Positions 37,501-49,850 of a stretch of DNA of 64,000 nt are shown here, one piece after another. The DNA comes from Botryllus schlosseri (Eukaryota). The position numbers and the translations under genes are program-made. The notes under the pieces were generated by a model that had not been told where the DNA came from, did not search any database, and saw nothing but the letters and a program-made list of their open reading frames with translations. The DNA lies in assembly GCA_051294905.1 (NCBI GenBank), contig CM119378.1, positions 19,716,001 to 19,780,000 of the forward strand, given 5' to 3'. The stretch's first letter is position 1. The number at the start of each line of letters is the position of its first letter.

Positions 37501-39928
37501 GTATAGGTCACATCTTTGATGCGAGATTAATTCCTCTCCGATATGGAATACCATGTATCCATATCTTTCTTGTCCATTTTGGTTGATGCTGATGTATTAC
37601 GGTTGGATGGAAAATCAAAATTCTCTCCCTCTCTCTCTCTCTGTTTGTGTCTCTGTCGCTCTACCAAGTCCCACCAACAACCCATACTCTGTAATCCGAA
37701 GGTTTGAAAGAGGCACACAATTGCGTCGAATCATACTTGTACAAAGTAGCCATTTAGTTACCCAACTGTTTTTTGAGTAGTTCAATATTTCTAGTTCTGG
37801 TTGCAGATCTTGAAAATTCAGTATAGTTCTAGTTATCGTTCTAGTTGCGCATATGAAAAATATTAGTTGCCGAACAACGGGAAATCAGTTGTCGTCGTTT
37901 TGCGTGAATCGAGATACCGGTGTTCTGCTGAATGATATTTATGCAAATGTGCAGTCATTGAAAGCTCGTAGCCATCACTGCTAACACTGACGTAGGCCAC
38001 GGGCGGATTTCTTTGGTCGAAATCTCGCCAGTTCCAAACTCGAAATCCATACAGTCCTTTTGAAATGGCAATTCTATGTTCGATATTTCTGATAACATAA
38101 TGTCATTCTGTTGTATAGGAGAATGAAGTCCAGTTCAATACGGTTCTTAATATTCAATGACTAGGGCATCCTTACGCCAGAGATTGGCAATTATTTTTCT
38201 GATAATGAGAAGCACTGAAAATACGTTGGCGGGTTAAGTAAAAAGTTTACACTATATTCTGCGGTGTCCTTATTTCTAATCATTTAAATACTGAAAGCGC
38301 TGAATTACGTTTTTAACACAATCTTCTGAGTGGATGTATTACTTTTAGCTAATTAGGAAGTTAGAGATTAGGTTGATGCACGAAAATAATATTTATACGC
38401 CACCTAATTATTCAAAACAATGGTAGACAAGAAACAGTGTTAACTCTTGTAAATCACACCAACCCCAAGACACGTCCTTACATTAAAACATCAACATGTA
38501 TGGGATATTACAACTTGGTCACTACAAGCGGTGTGTAACTTGGTGAAATAGCCTTGTTGTGTCGGTAGTTTTGCAGGCAGGTTTTCCGAAATTCACCTTC
38601 TCGCAGCCTCAGCGTGTTTATGTCATAATTCCGACTTAAATTAACTCATTATATCGATTATTTTGAATACAAATTACGCATACGACAGACGTAGGCTACG
38701 TAACCACGTTGAATAAATATAAACACTAAACAGCCTTCAAAGTAAACGCATTTCCGGCTCAATTTATACAGCCCATGGTTTTAGACGTACACATTCAAAT
38801 GTATGGTTCATAATTCAGAACAACTTTTCGCGGTTCGGATTGGGCCCACGGGCCGTAAAATGCCAGGTGTGCCCTACGCTTATCTGCAAGCCTACGGGGA
38901 ACCCCTAATTTTCAGGGAGTCACACAAACAAAAATCCACCACATATTACACATATAAGAGCACACTTGACTTGATACATTACAAACATAATGCGCCCGGA
39001 AACACCGGTCAAGAACCACTGATGTAGTTCGTTGCCTTTTAGTTAGTTACGTATTTTTAAAGGTTGCTAGTTCTAGTTCTATAGTTGCGAGTTCTAAAAA
39101 TAGTTTTTACAAGTCTGCGTCGAATACGTGCAAGCGACTTCTTATCGTAGTCAGTTGTCGCAAAGCAGATCGTGTCAGCGCGATTTATTAGTATTATAGT
39201 CATAGGTGACTCATAAAACCATTTACTTGAATACTTTACAGTTATTCATCATTTTCCACATCTACTTGGAGCAGAGATTTTGAAATAGCTACATAGATTG
39301 GATTTGAATGGGCATTCAGGGCGTTACTTCTTCTATCTGAGTATAGCAACGTTGAATAAGTTACCACCATTGCGTATCATACAATGGAAAACACGAATCA
39401 CTGATATTGTGTCGTCAGACGATGACTTGAAGCAGTCATTTTAGCATACAATTTTCCCTAATAATTGAAGAGAGCTTTTTATTATTGTTATCAGATAGGC
39501 CTGCTGCAAAGTATATATGAGTTTTGTAACCGATCATTGTTAGTTGATACCAACTACAAAATAATAATAATGTGCGATAGTGGCAAGGATAGTTGAAAAT
39601 ATCTCAAACGAAATAAGAAGATAAATCTTTACACTAACACACAGTAGATTGGTAGAAACATAAATTAATGCAACACCCAACGCGACAAATCCAATTTGCA
39701 CGTTGAAAGCCGAATCTACATCGTCAAAGTAGACACTGGCAATCACATAAGATGTCAGCTTACGAGCGTAAAACGCCATTCCATTCAAAGCCGCTAGTAT
39801 TCCTAAAATGTACAGAGACGATGTCGATGGTTGCCATATCAATGCTATACAACACAATATCATCTCCAAAGTGAAAGCCAGCCAACACAGAATAGGAATT
39901 GAGATCCTAGAACTGAAATAGTTATACA

Positions 39929-41250
39929 CAGGCCGTGTTATTTTTGGCAAATGCCAAAACTGCCAAAAATAACTTATTTTTGGCATTTTTCAATTTTTAT
40001 TTTTGGCAGTTTTGGCATCGTCCTCTAAATAGATAGTTTCAGCCTCGAATTAGTCACAAAAACGCTTTATTTGAGCTAGTTTGTCAAAAGACACCACAAA
40101 ATGTGCAGCATCCACGCATAATCAGTGCCAACAAACAATAAGAAGAAGAAAAAAACTAACGATTTCATAGGTTAATAATATCAAACGAAACCACAAAATG
40201 TGCAGTATCCATCGGAATAGGTGCCAAAACGCAAAAAAAAACACAAGCCTAACAAACACGTTCAACAGCTGATTGTCACAGCTGTTGAATAGACTTAAAT
40301 CGTTTGCGCTGTAACAGTGCCTACAAAATCAGGTGAGCTAAGTTTCTCCTAAATTCATTTCTCGCCCTACGAATCTGGGAAATATCGGCTTCAACAGTAG
40401 CCGTTGAGAGAAAGAATGTTGCCAGTCATCCATAAAAGGTTTTCAGAGCTTCAAAATCTTTGGAGGGCTAAACCGGCTTCCATGCATCATGAAAAGAGAT
40501 CACTTCGCCAGTGCCATTGATCTCATCGCGGAAGGAATTTTCTTCCCGATCTTTTTCCAGGAGTTTCCCGTGTTGTATCTCAACACATTCTATTTAGTAG
40601 CCCGACTATCATTTCTCCTTCAGTCTACCGATATATTTTCGGAGGACTTTTGTCACTTCAGGTGGCGTTAATATTACTAACTCGCATGGAAGAGTCCTGG
40701 AGTCCTGTCTGGCAAAACGAGCCTATGCAGCTCAGAAATAGCCAGACAGTTTGTTGCGTCACAGTGTTCAACTTGATCACAATGCAAAAATTGTGGTGGA
40801 TTTTGGGGGTTCCAGTTCCATGAGCAGAATATAATTTATATTTTAATAATCAGTACTGCGGCAGCTTCTCATTGATACCCGTTTTATCTAATTTAGCGCT
40901 CGACAAGCCGGTCAAAAATGGTCGTAAAATTTCCTTTGGACAAATGGAAAGTATGACGTAAACCAAATGCAGTCAGCCGTTCAATCTCGCTGTGCCCACA
41001 CCATTTAGGACACCATGCTTTCACTCCTAATGGGTGGGCTGGACCCAGATTAAGAAACCTGCCTTTCACAAACGCTCTTCTCGCTTGTAACGCGGTCCTG
41101 TTAACACAACACCATGAACGAAATACACTATTTGGCAGGCCGTGTTATTTTTGGCATATGCCAAAAATTGCTTATTTTTGGCATTTTCAAATTTTTATTT
41201 TTGGCAGTTCTGGCATCTGGCTCCTGAAATGCCAAAAATAACACGGCCTG
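39929..41250 (-). mobile_element. Internally deleted hAT element inserted in the UNC93A-like CDS
   Basis: TIRs CAGGCCGTGTTATTTTTGGCA / TGCCAAAAATAACACGGCCTG; perfect TSD GTTATACA (39921-39928, 41251-41258). Confidence 0.95.
40276..40700 (-). pseudogene. hAT-like transposase C-terminal relic inside the insert
   Basis: One frame with stops: LPCELVIL...IECVEIQHGKLLEK...SFHDAWKPV*...FEALKTFYG*LATFFLSTATVEADISQIRRARNEFRRNL, resembling the recalled LPHELV / GLATVFPGTATVESDFS family. Confidence 0.7.
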
Positions 41251-42366
41251 GTTATACACCATATTAAACACGAATCCACTTGCATAAGTTACCACAAGAT
41301 AAACACCAAGATTTTGAACACCGACCGTACATGAAATGTAAGCTCGATCAAATTCCGACCAGAAGAATCCACATACAAAGCCGTACTGCAAGTGTATAGG
41401 AATCGTTAGTATTTGCAGCTTCGATCTCATGTGGTGTAAAACTCGAAGGAATGAACTTTTTAATGCAGCACAAGCTATCCCTGTTTTATTAGGCCTAAGA
41501 AGAGACTGTTCCTCTTCAGAGTCCACTTCTGGTGCTTTTTTATCGGCAGGAATAGCGATGACGTGAATCAAAATACCAAAAATCTGAGTGCCTGCAAAGC
41601 AACACAGATAAATATCCAGTGAATAATTGCTAGGAGTCAATTTTCCGAACATTGTAGAATTCGTTGAGAACGCATATTCCCCAGAACAATCAGAAGCGCC
41701 ACATTTCGATATATCCGTCAAATTATTACTGCTAAAAATTGTCCATTGACTGTCGCTGTCTTTCAAGATAAACTCCGGTAGAATACCAGCGGCAGTTTGT
41801 GCCAATGCCAGGATGGCAAGAAAAACACCCATATTATAAGACTTGTCTTTTTCATTGCCCGACTCAGTTTCGCAGTGATGTTGTGACGGTAAAGAACTGA
41901 CCATCGATGCTGCTGCTGACATCACCAGACTTTCACCAATTCCCATAATTGCTGCCGCCGTTGCTACAGTCCAAAATCGTGGGAGAAGTAGCGATAGCGT
42001 GTATCCCAAGAGCGATATCTCACCGGCAATTAAGCAGATTTTTCTTCCGAACAAGTGGATTAGTGGAACGTACACTAATATTGTTGCTAGGCATAATATT
42101 TGATATACCAAAACCGTCGTTGAGCCAAGAGCGTCCTGCACACCGATACTTGTCTGCATGCTCAGTAAATTGGTCTGCGGAGCTACAGTTAATGCAAAAC
42201 CCACCGATATCGCATACAGTATCATATTTAGCTGCATATTGTGTCAATCGTAATCAATTGTGTCTCTTTTCCGTGCGATAATGATCTTAAAAATATTCCC
42301 TGCTATTCGCAATGGCGTCACCGAACTCAGTAACGATAGCAACGAGATCAGCCATAAAGTCTTAAC

Positions 42367-43475
42367 CAGAGATGCCACTGGGATATTTCGGAAAAACCCA
42401 GATGTGGACGCTAAATAAACCCAGAAAAACTTAGATCCTCTATTACACTCAAATTGCTATGAAATCGCTCTGAAACTGGAAACTGAGAGTTACTATTATA
42501 CGCTCATGCAGTAATAGAAGTAAGTTTGACCCCTTGATATTGAAATTTCAAATAAGGTTTATACCAGTACTATACATTTTGCTCGGTTAACACTGCAAAT
42601 CTCACGAAAATATCTTGCTTTCCTCTCAACGCATTGCTATGAAAAAATTGGTGCTCGGCGTCAATACACAATAGTGTACAACTGTACAATGTACTGTAGG
42701 GCCTACATGTACAAGTAGCCTACACCGTGCCGAGAATGATCGAAACAATGCTATATTCATTCCCCATCTCTGATCTCTGAGGGTGATTTCGGGTATTTCC
42801 ATGCAGTGATCGGACCAGTTGAAAGTAGCTTTCGGTTGATTAATCCTGGGACAATGTGGCAGGCATGTTTAGTCGAAAAATCTGACCAATCATGAAATTC
42901 AGGGTATATTCGAATATGCTGATAACCAACACCTCTGACTAAATTAATAGTTGGGGGTGTCCGACTCTCTCTCTCTCTATCCCTGTTGGAAGTGAATATA
43001 CTCAGATACCCATGTGCATAATATACAGTTACATATTATTTTTTGATACACGACAAATTTATTGGAGTGATATAGCATTCAAGTCTTATATCGTTTTAAA
43101 TTGTAAGAAAACGGTTCCAACGAGTTGCCCTATGAACATGATTTTTGCGACCTTGGAAGTTAGTATTCAATGAAGTTCCATCGCATCACACCGAGGCCTA
43201 TCATTTTACAATAACTCGTTACGCCGTTACAATAACAACGAAATTTATCGACCGTTCTAGATAGCCCTGCAATGGCGAACTGATTCTGAAGTAGGCCTAT
43301 GTGCATTTTACGACATTATGATCTCACTAATCTAATAATTAATTTTCGAGCGTAAAATTGACCTGACGAACATGATCTCGAAAGAAACCCAGATTTACAG
43401 AACAAAACCCCAGAAACCCAGGTGATGCTCGAAAAACCCAGATCTGGGTGGAAAAACCCAGGAGTGGCATGTCTG
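42367..43475. mobile_element. hAT-like non-autonomous element just upstream of the UNC93A-like ATG
   Basis: TIRs CAGAGATGCCAC / GTGGCATGTCTG; aaacccag subterminal repeats; flanks share only 4 of 8 bases (gtcttaac / gtctggga). Confidence 0.6.
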
Positions 43476-43649
43476 GTCTGGGAGAGAGGAATATAGGAGT
43501 GCTGAAAGGAAAATGGTAAGATATAATGATATCACAATGCATTGTGAAGAATACAACCACTAGTGCGGGACGGATCGACAAATTCTCTGGTCCGACTCCT
43601 ATGTGTTTATATAGCTCAGTGCTCCGATCCTGTTTTTCAATTCTCTGGT

Positions 43650-45605
43650 CCAGTGCTTTTCAACCTTTTTGAGCTCCATTCGCACCTCTTCTGCAAAATA
43701 AATTACATCCGCACCAACCGAAAATTGTCATACAAAAAGAAGATGATGAGATTTAACAACATTTTGTTCAGATGTGCAACGAATTGGCTGCTATATAGCT
43801 TAAGCTATCAAGTGTCTCATTAAACAGGCAACTTTTTCGCTCGATTTGATTTCAACAACTTCACTAAAAACCAAACAAGTTGTTGGGTTTTGTGTCACAA
43901 GAACGTCTACTAGTGGCTTGGATGGCCAGGTCTTAAAATCTGTTCTGCAATCCTATCCAAAATACAGCGTAGTGTACGGGAGTGAAAAATGCTTGCTGGC
44001 AGAAATCGTTTTTGAGAACTGACACAAATGTTCCAGAGGCTCCAGTTTTTCGAAAGGGTGAAAAATTCACATGTTTGTGATGAGGCTTTTCCCTGATGTC
44101 TTTGAAAATAAGGTCCAAAACGATCAAGGAGAGTAGACACATTAGAGCTCGCCACCTTATGATACGTTGCTTCAACTTTTTTCGATTACCCATTTTCTGT
44201 CTCGCGAGTAGGCTATATAAGAGCAAATAAACTCACGATACTGTGTGTTCAGCTCTTTAGCAGTGTTGGGATCAAGTCACTACCTTCGAGTCACGAGTCA
44301 TGTCGAGTCATTGCACATTTGACTCGAGTCAAGTCAAGTCAATCGATTTTCAAAGGTGACTCGAGTCAAGTCAAGTCACTCGATGTTTGGAGGTGACTCG
44401 ATTCAAGTCGAGTCAAGTCAAGTCAAGTCACGAGTCAAGTCACAATTCAAGTAAAGTTGCCTTTTCGGGGTATGAGTCATGATTACGTCATTGCATTTTG
44501 CTAGCTGTCTGAAATACAGATTGAGTGGTCATTGATTTTGAACCAATGAACGAATATAGAGTTAAATATACACGCAAGAAGGCGCTGTATCGCTCACATA
44601 TACGTAGGACTGCTAAACTACGTTAGTAATTGCAGAGCCTCACTTTATATAGTTACCAGCCAAAATAGAGAATAGAGAAACGAATTGATAAGATTCAATA
44701 CATTAACCATTTACAAATTGATATGATACAATTTGAGCCTTCGCCAATGGTTGAGGACTATATAAACTATATTCGAATTCAATTTCAATAAAACAAAGAG
44801 GTTTGGTTAAGGTAAGAAGAGAGAACAGAAATATACATTTTGCTATTAAATTACTATACTATACTATACTAGTTTACGACAGCGTAGGCATCGATCACTT
44901 CGTTTGCGGTCAATTTATTTGTGAGAGAACAATGAAGGCCCAGTAAAACGCACGATCATTGAATGATTGGGGTCGCTCTCACGGGTTACACTAGCGTTTC
45001 GCGAACAATCCGACCATATGCAAGATACAGTGATTTTTATCGACACCGATTACTTTATTATGACTTGAAATTGACTTATGAATTTTGCTCCGAGTCACGA
45101 GTCAATTTACATTTCTGATACGCCGAGTCAGGTCAAGTCAAGTCATTTTAGCAAAGTGACTCGAGTCATCCCAACACTGCTCTTAAGCTCAATCTAACTT
45201 GAGAATTCATAACAGTTTAATAACCTTAAAGCAGCTTTTTAGACTGCCACTGCGTTTTTGTGGCTTCTCGCGACCCGAGCCTCACCCATGATAAGGAATT
45301 CATTTTTAAAATTACAGTAGTATGCTACGATTTTGCGGACAAGTAATGTATTACATACAGAACGCGCATACCATAATTCTACCCAACACAGCCCTCAAAA
45401 CATGTCTGACGCACGCGATTTCAAGCTATAGGGTTATTAAATTCGTTTGTATGTCGCATTTGTACTACTGTCTACTCAGATTGCAAGAACGGGACTATTC
45501 TGTACCGACAACGGAGCATATCCGTATCGAAAGGTTTGGCCATCCAGCATCGGTCATTTTTGGCCAAAGTTTTGTCGCCGCATATATTTTTGGCACCGCA
45601 TTTTA
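43650..45605. mobile_element. Element B, truncated reverse copy
   Basis: Reverse complement of about 30620-31754, interrupted by a family A copy. Confidence 0.8.
44261..45179. mobile_element. hAT MITE family A, full copy
   Basis: TIRs CAGTGTTGGGAT / ATCCCAACACTG; TSD CTCTTTAG / CTCTTAAG; the empty site is visible in the paralogous copy near 31135-31142. Confidence 0.92.
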
Positions 45606-46855
45606 ATGACTTTAAATCTACTCTAGTAAGTAAGTAGTTTCGGAAACAGTCTCAATTCGTTCGCATGGACTGTTAAAAGCTGTGAATTGAGCTATGCGGA
45701 AGGTGCAGAGAGCTTGATTCGTATTGATGCATCCCATGAAGTAGCAATTTTCGACAGAACAAGCACTCTTTCGCATGATGGGATGCAAATTATAGTATTG
45801 ATATGAAAATGCGATACTAACCCTTGGTTTACTAGAAGACCGCGTTTTAGAGAACATCATGACATGGCACCCTACCCCATATTATAAGGCCCCAAGTTTA
45901 GGCGAAGAGCAATACGAAGATGTTGTATCGGATACAGTTTCAACACTTCGCGCGATTAGTATACGTTAATAGCAAATATTGTGGATCGCAAAATTTATAT
46001 TTAGTGTAGCCTTATTTTCGGAAAATAGAGGCATTACTACAGTTGCTTTTATGCTTCAACATGTATGTTCTGCAGACAAAAGAACTGAAAGTAATTAGAA
46101 CTCAAAGTATGATCTAGGAATTGAAAGTGAAATACAAATACCACTTCTAAAAAGCGGAAAATATATTTCATGTCTCTTGTCCATAAAGCTTCAAAGGTGA
46201 TCTGCTAAATCAGGTCTAACGTTTAAAAAAGCCGGATTTTCCAGATTAGCAGGACACGTCACGGGCTGCTAGATTACGATATGATAGGTAATTGCAAGAT
46301 TGCGACACGGTAGTTTCAAACGTTATGGTGGGCCATATTTACTGTGATGAAATATTTGATATGGGCGACAATACGGTGTGAGCGGAACCAAGCAATCCGG
46401 TATACCTAAATTATATTCACTGATACTTTCGTGAAAACATATTTGTCACGCCATACTGTGCGCGAAGCGCAATAAAATTTCTAAGCTTTACCTGACTTTT
46501 ATGAATAATAAATGTTGGTACTCCGTGAAAACAGCCCCGAAATTCCTCTAGCTATCTTTCGTATTGGGGGATTAAACTACTTCTACTTGACAAACTGAAA
46601 ATAGCGAAGAGTAAGTAGGTAGATCACAAAATATTACGAAGTAGAAGCAGAGAAAATAAGATCTACTGGAGTAAGTACCAGAAGTAGAGGAAAACTACTT
46701 GAGTACTTCCAAAAAGTAGAAGTACTTCGTTAGTGACCACCTCTGTTTGTAGCACGACCCACTTTTAGGCTTTTCAAAACACCGCTTACGCAGATGAGGC
46801 GGCGTGTGAGTGACGATAGGTATCCATCATCACATTTTACAGATGGTTGTTAATA

Positions 46856-47737
46856 AGGGTTACCATACGTCCTTAGGAGGATTTGTCCCCCTTTCTCAGA
46901 TTTTTGAAAATGTCCTCCGAAGACGCCTAAATGTCCTCCTCTTTTGGGAATTCGTCCTTCTTTACAGCTTTTAGAGCTAAGAAATCGGCATAAATGACGC
47001 TAAATAGGAAATATTCGTGGTTCGAACGAAAGTGACGTCCTTTTTTTCTCTCGAGATTCTCAAAATAGGACAAAATCTCAAAAAAGAGGACAATTGGGCG
47101 TCCTCCGAGGACACTTTCAAAAATGCCAAAAAAGAGGACAAATCCTTCTAAAAGAGGACCTATGGTAGGGTTACCATATTTTGGAAATCTGAAAAGAAGA
47201 CACTTTTTCAGAATTTTCGGACATGCAAAACCGGAGGAAAATCCTGAAAAATGGTAAGTTTTTTCCACTTCGTGATCGGTTGACTGAAAAAAAGGTCAAC
47301 TTTCTCGCTCATTGCCCAAAATACAGTTTTTCTTTCGCATTATCAGGTGGTTGACTAAATAAGGCCAACTTTCTCGCTCAGTGGCTAAAATACAGTTTTT
47401 CTTTCACATTATCAGGTGGTTGACTGAAAAAAAGGTCAACTTTCTCCATCATTGCCCAAAATACAGTTTTTTTTACATTATCATGTGGTTGACTAGATAA
47501 AAGGTCAACTTTCCGACTCAGCTCCCGAAATACGCGCCGGAGCGTTAACCCGGTGCTGATTTACGGTATATCAGTTGAATTTGGCCGTGAATTTGACCAA
47601 AATTCTCAAAAAAGAGGACAAAATCTCAAAAAAGAAGACAAAAGGGCGTCCTCCGAGGACACTTTTAAAAAAGTCGAAAAAGAGGACAAATCCTCTTAAA
47701 AGAGGACGTATGGTAACCCTAACCGAAGGTATCCCTA
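46856..47737. mobile_element. agggttaccata-family MITEs: one copy (47166-47721) inserted in the terminus of another
   Basis: Inner TIRs TAGGGTTACCATA / TATGGTAACCCTA; flanks ACCTATGG / ACCGAAGG; host terminus resumes as TATCCCTA; inner copy carries about four ~62-bp tandem units (about 47275-47515). Confidence 0.7.
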
Positions 47738-48256
47738 CCATATACGGATATCCCCTAACCATAACTAAACTCCAAAGAACATAGATTTCGGAGGTTAACA
47801 GGAGGCACTGCTGCTTTCCGCTCATTCGGGTAAACTTTTAAACATGGTGTGTGCTTCTACAAATCGTAATTCTACGTATACAATAACCCGAAACCAATAC
47901 AATAGTATAATAGTTAAATATGCTAAGGGCTACCTAACTGTATGTAATGACTGGCGTTTAACGGTCCCTGTTACGTCACAAAGCCCTGTAGTTATTATAT
48001 TTCGAGCATGATCATTTCGATCATTTGCTACCATCGTTTAATTTTTCTTCTATTTACTTTTTTTTAACTACTGTAACCTTTTTTACAGCAGACTGTTTAG
48101 AGTCAAGTGTACCTGTTTGATGCTGGTGTGATCAGACTAGATGACCTTCACGGTCTTATCGATCATTCCTATCTAATACCGAATACTGTGCAAGCATATT
48201 TTCTGTACCACCACCACTGCCGTGTGTTATGTATTTTGGTTGGATGAAAATAAAGA

Positions 48257-48257
<1 letters not shown>

Positions 48258-48283
<26 letters not shown>
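48258..48283. repeat. (CT)n microsatellite
   Basis: Direct read of the ctctct run. Confidence 0.9.
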
Positions 48284-48288
<5 letters not shown>

Positions 48289-48551
48289 TGACTTTGATTG
48301 AACTGCCAGAGGATATTTCCATACGGGAAATAGAGTCACTGCTATAAAAAAAAGTTAAGAACCACCGTGTTAGATGTATCTATTACACAGTCGCATCGAT
48401 AAGGTGTTGTATTCATAGCTTTACTGAGTCTCGTTATGTCTGTCTAACTGTCTTGTCTATATTCTAACTTCAATCGGTTCCCACCCAGAGAGTACTGGAT
48501 TATTAGGAGCAGAACAACAATTTCCCATAATGAGATGACGTCATGATAGAT

Positions 48552-49850
48552 CAGGGGTTTTTATGGATCGCGTGGCGTATAATTCTGGGTCGCGACGGCC
48601 CAGAGAAATATTTTAATATGCATGCAATATTTGTTGCATTTCATGCAACAGAAGATTCGAGGTCACAGTGTTGGATTATAGATAACTAACCTATGTAGGT
48701 TAGTTATCTATAATTAGATAGCCTATACCACATCCAATAAGCGAGACACGTAGAAAAGTCGTTGCTGCGCTATATGGGCTGATCATGAAAATGCGCCGCC
48801 CTTTGTATTACACAAATTGGTTAGTATTCATCATGATAAGATTCGTCCGATATTGGTTACTCTGTAAAACACTGTCGGAGACCGATGGGATGCTTTAGTG
48901 TAGGGCAGGGGTTTACGGTAGCCCGCGAGACCAAATGAGTCGCCCGCGGTCGCAGTAGCAAATATTCCAATGAGAGATTGGAAAGTCGAAGCGCAGAAGG
49001 GTTTTTTATGAGCAGCAGTTGAACATGGGTCAGTCGATTATAGGGAACATACGAACGCAGTTTTAAATCGGGGTGTTGCTTATGTCTACGCCCACGCTAG
49101 TTAATATTCCCTAGTCTCGATGTAGTGATTGGCGCTTCAGCGCGCAATGCGGCAACGCAACTGAGCACGGACACGCTGGTGTGAGTCCCTGTTAGTGAGA
49201 GCTTTCTGTTCTTGGTAGGGGGGCGGAAATTCTGTCTAGTGCTCTGAATGTATGAGAGAATAAATCCAACTGAGCATGTATAAACGGCGGGTAGCCCGTC
49301 GCACTATCAGCTCTTGGTTTCAAAAGGGTTGGTGACCCCTGGTGTATAGGGGTGTTCAACTGGCGGGTGCGGGAATATGATGCACATTTTTTCGAGGCCA
49401 ACCTCTTCCGCGCCGAGGCACATGAAAGCATGACGTTTTGGCCAACATACGGCGCGTAAAGTGCGGTGTCAAAAAGCAATAAAACCCCTGGCCGTCGCTG
49501 GTTGGCCAAAACAGTCGACATTGATATGTCCACCGTCCAGTGGTCGAAATGGTCGGCAACGAATAGTGCCATCCTTGCAATCTTAGTAGACAGAGAAGTA
49601 GACGGAGAATAAATGCGAAAGAGTAAAATAATGCACGTCAATTTGAAGTTACGTGCGTCGGACATGTTTCATATAATCGAGCTGCGTTGCGTACTACTGT
49701 TGTCTGCGCATTATCCACGTCACACGCCTGCAATATCGTAGCATAAAGTAATATTAAAAATAAATGCTTTTTGATGCGCGAGGGTTGGGTCGCGAGATGC
49801 CATTAAAACTCGGATTTGGGTCGCGGTCTTCAAAGTGTAAAAACCACTGT
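48552..49850. mobile_element. hAT-like element with a nested MITE (48906-49341)
   Basis: Ends CAGGGGTTTTT / AAAAACCACTG; homologous to about 30465-31090; inner CAGGGGTTT...ACCCCTG with a degenerate TSD. Confidence 0.6.

Larger units (their letters stand above)
39540..42237 (-). pseudogene. UNC93A: Intronless UNC93A-like MFS membrane protein gene, disrupted by a hAT insertion (join 42237-41251 and 39920-39540 = 455 aa)
   Basis: UNC93A hallmarks: LSMQTSIG...LG, CGASDC, SEFDRAYISCTVGVQNLG, IALIWQP, LCVSVKIYLL. Removing the insert plus one TSD copy restores an uninterrupted frame (...FNMVYN|YFSSRI...). Confidence 0.85.

Noticed and set aside
39929-41250. The hAT insert acting as an Introner-like spliceable intron that rescues UNC93A
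   Set aside because: On the coding strand the element and TSD offer no AG at the 3' junction (...CACGGCCTG|TGTATAAC), so precise GT-AG removal is not available.
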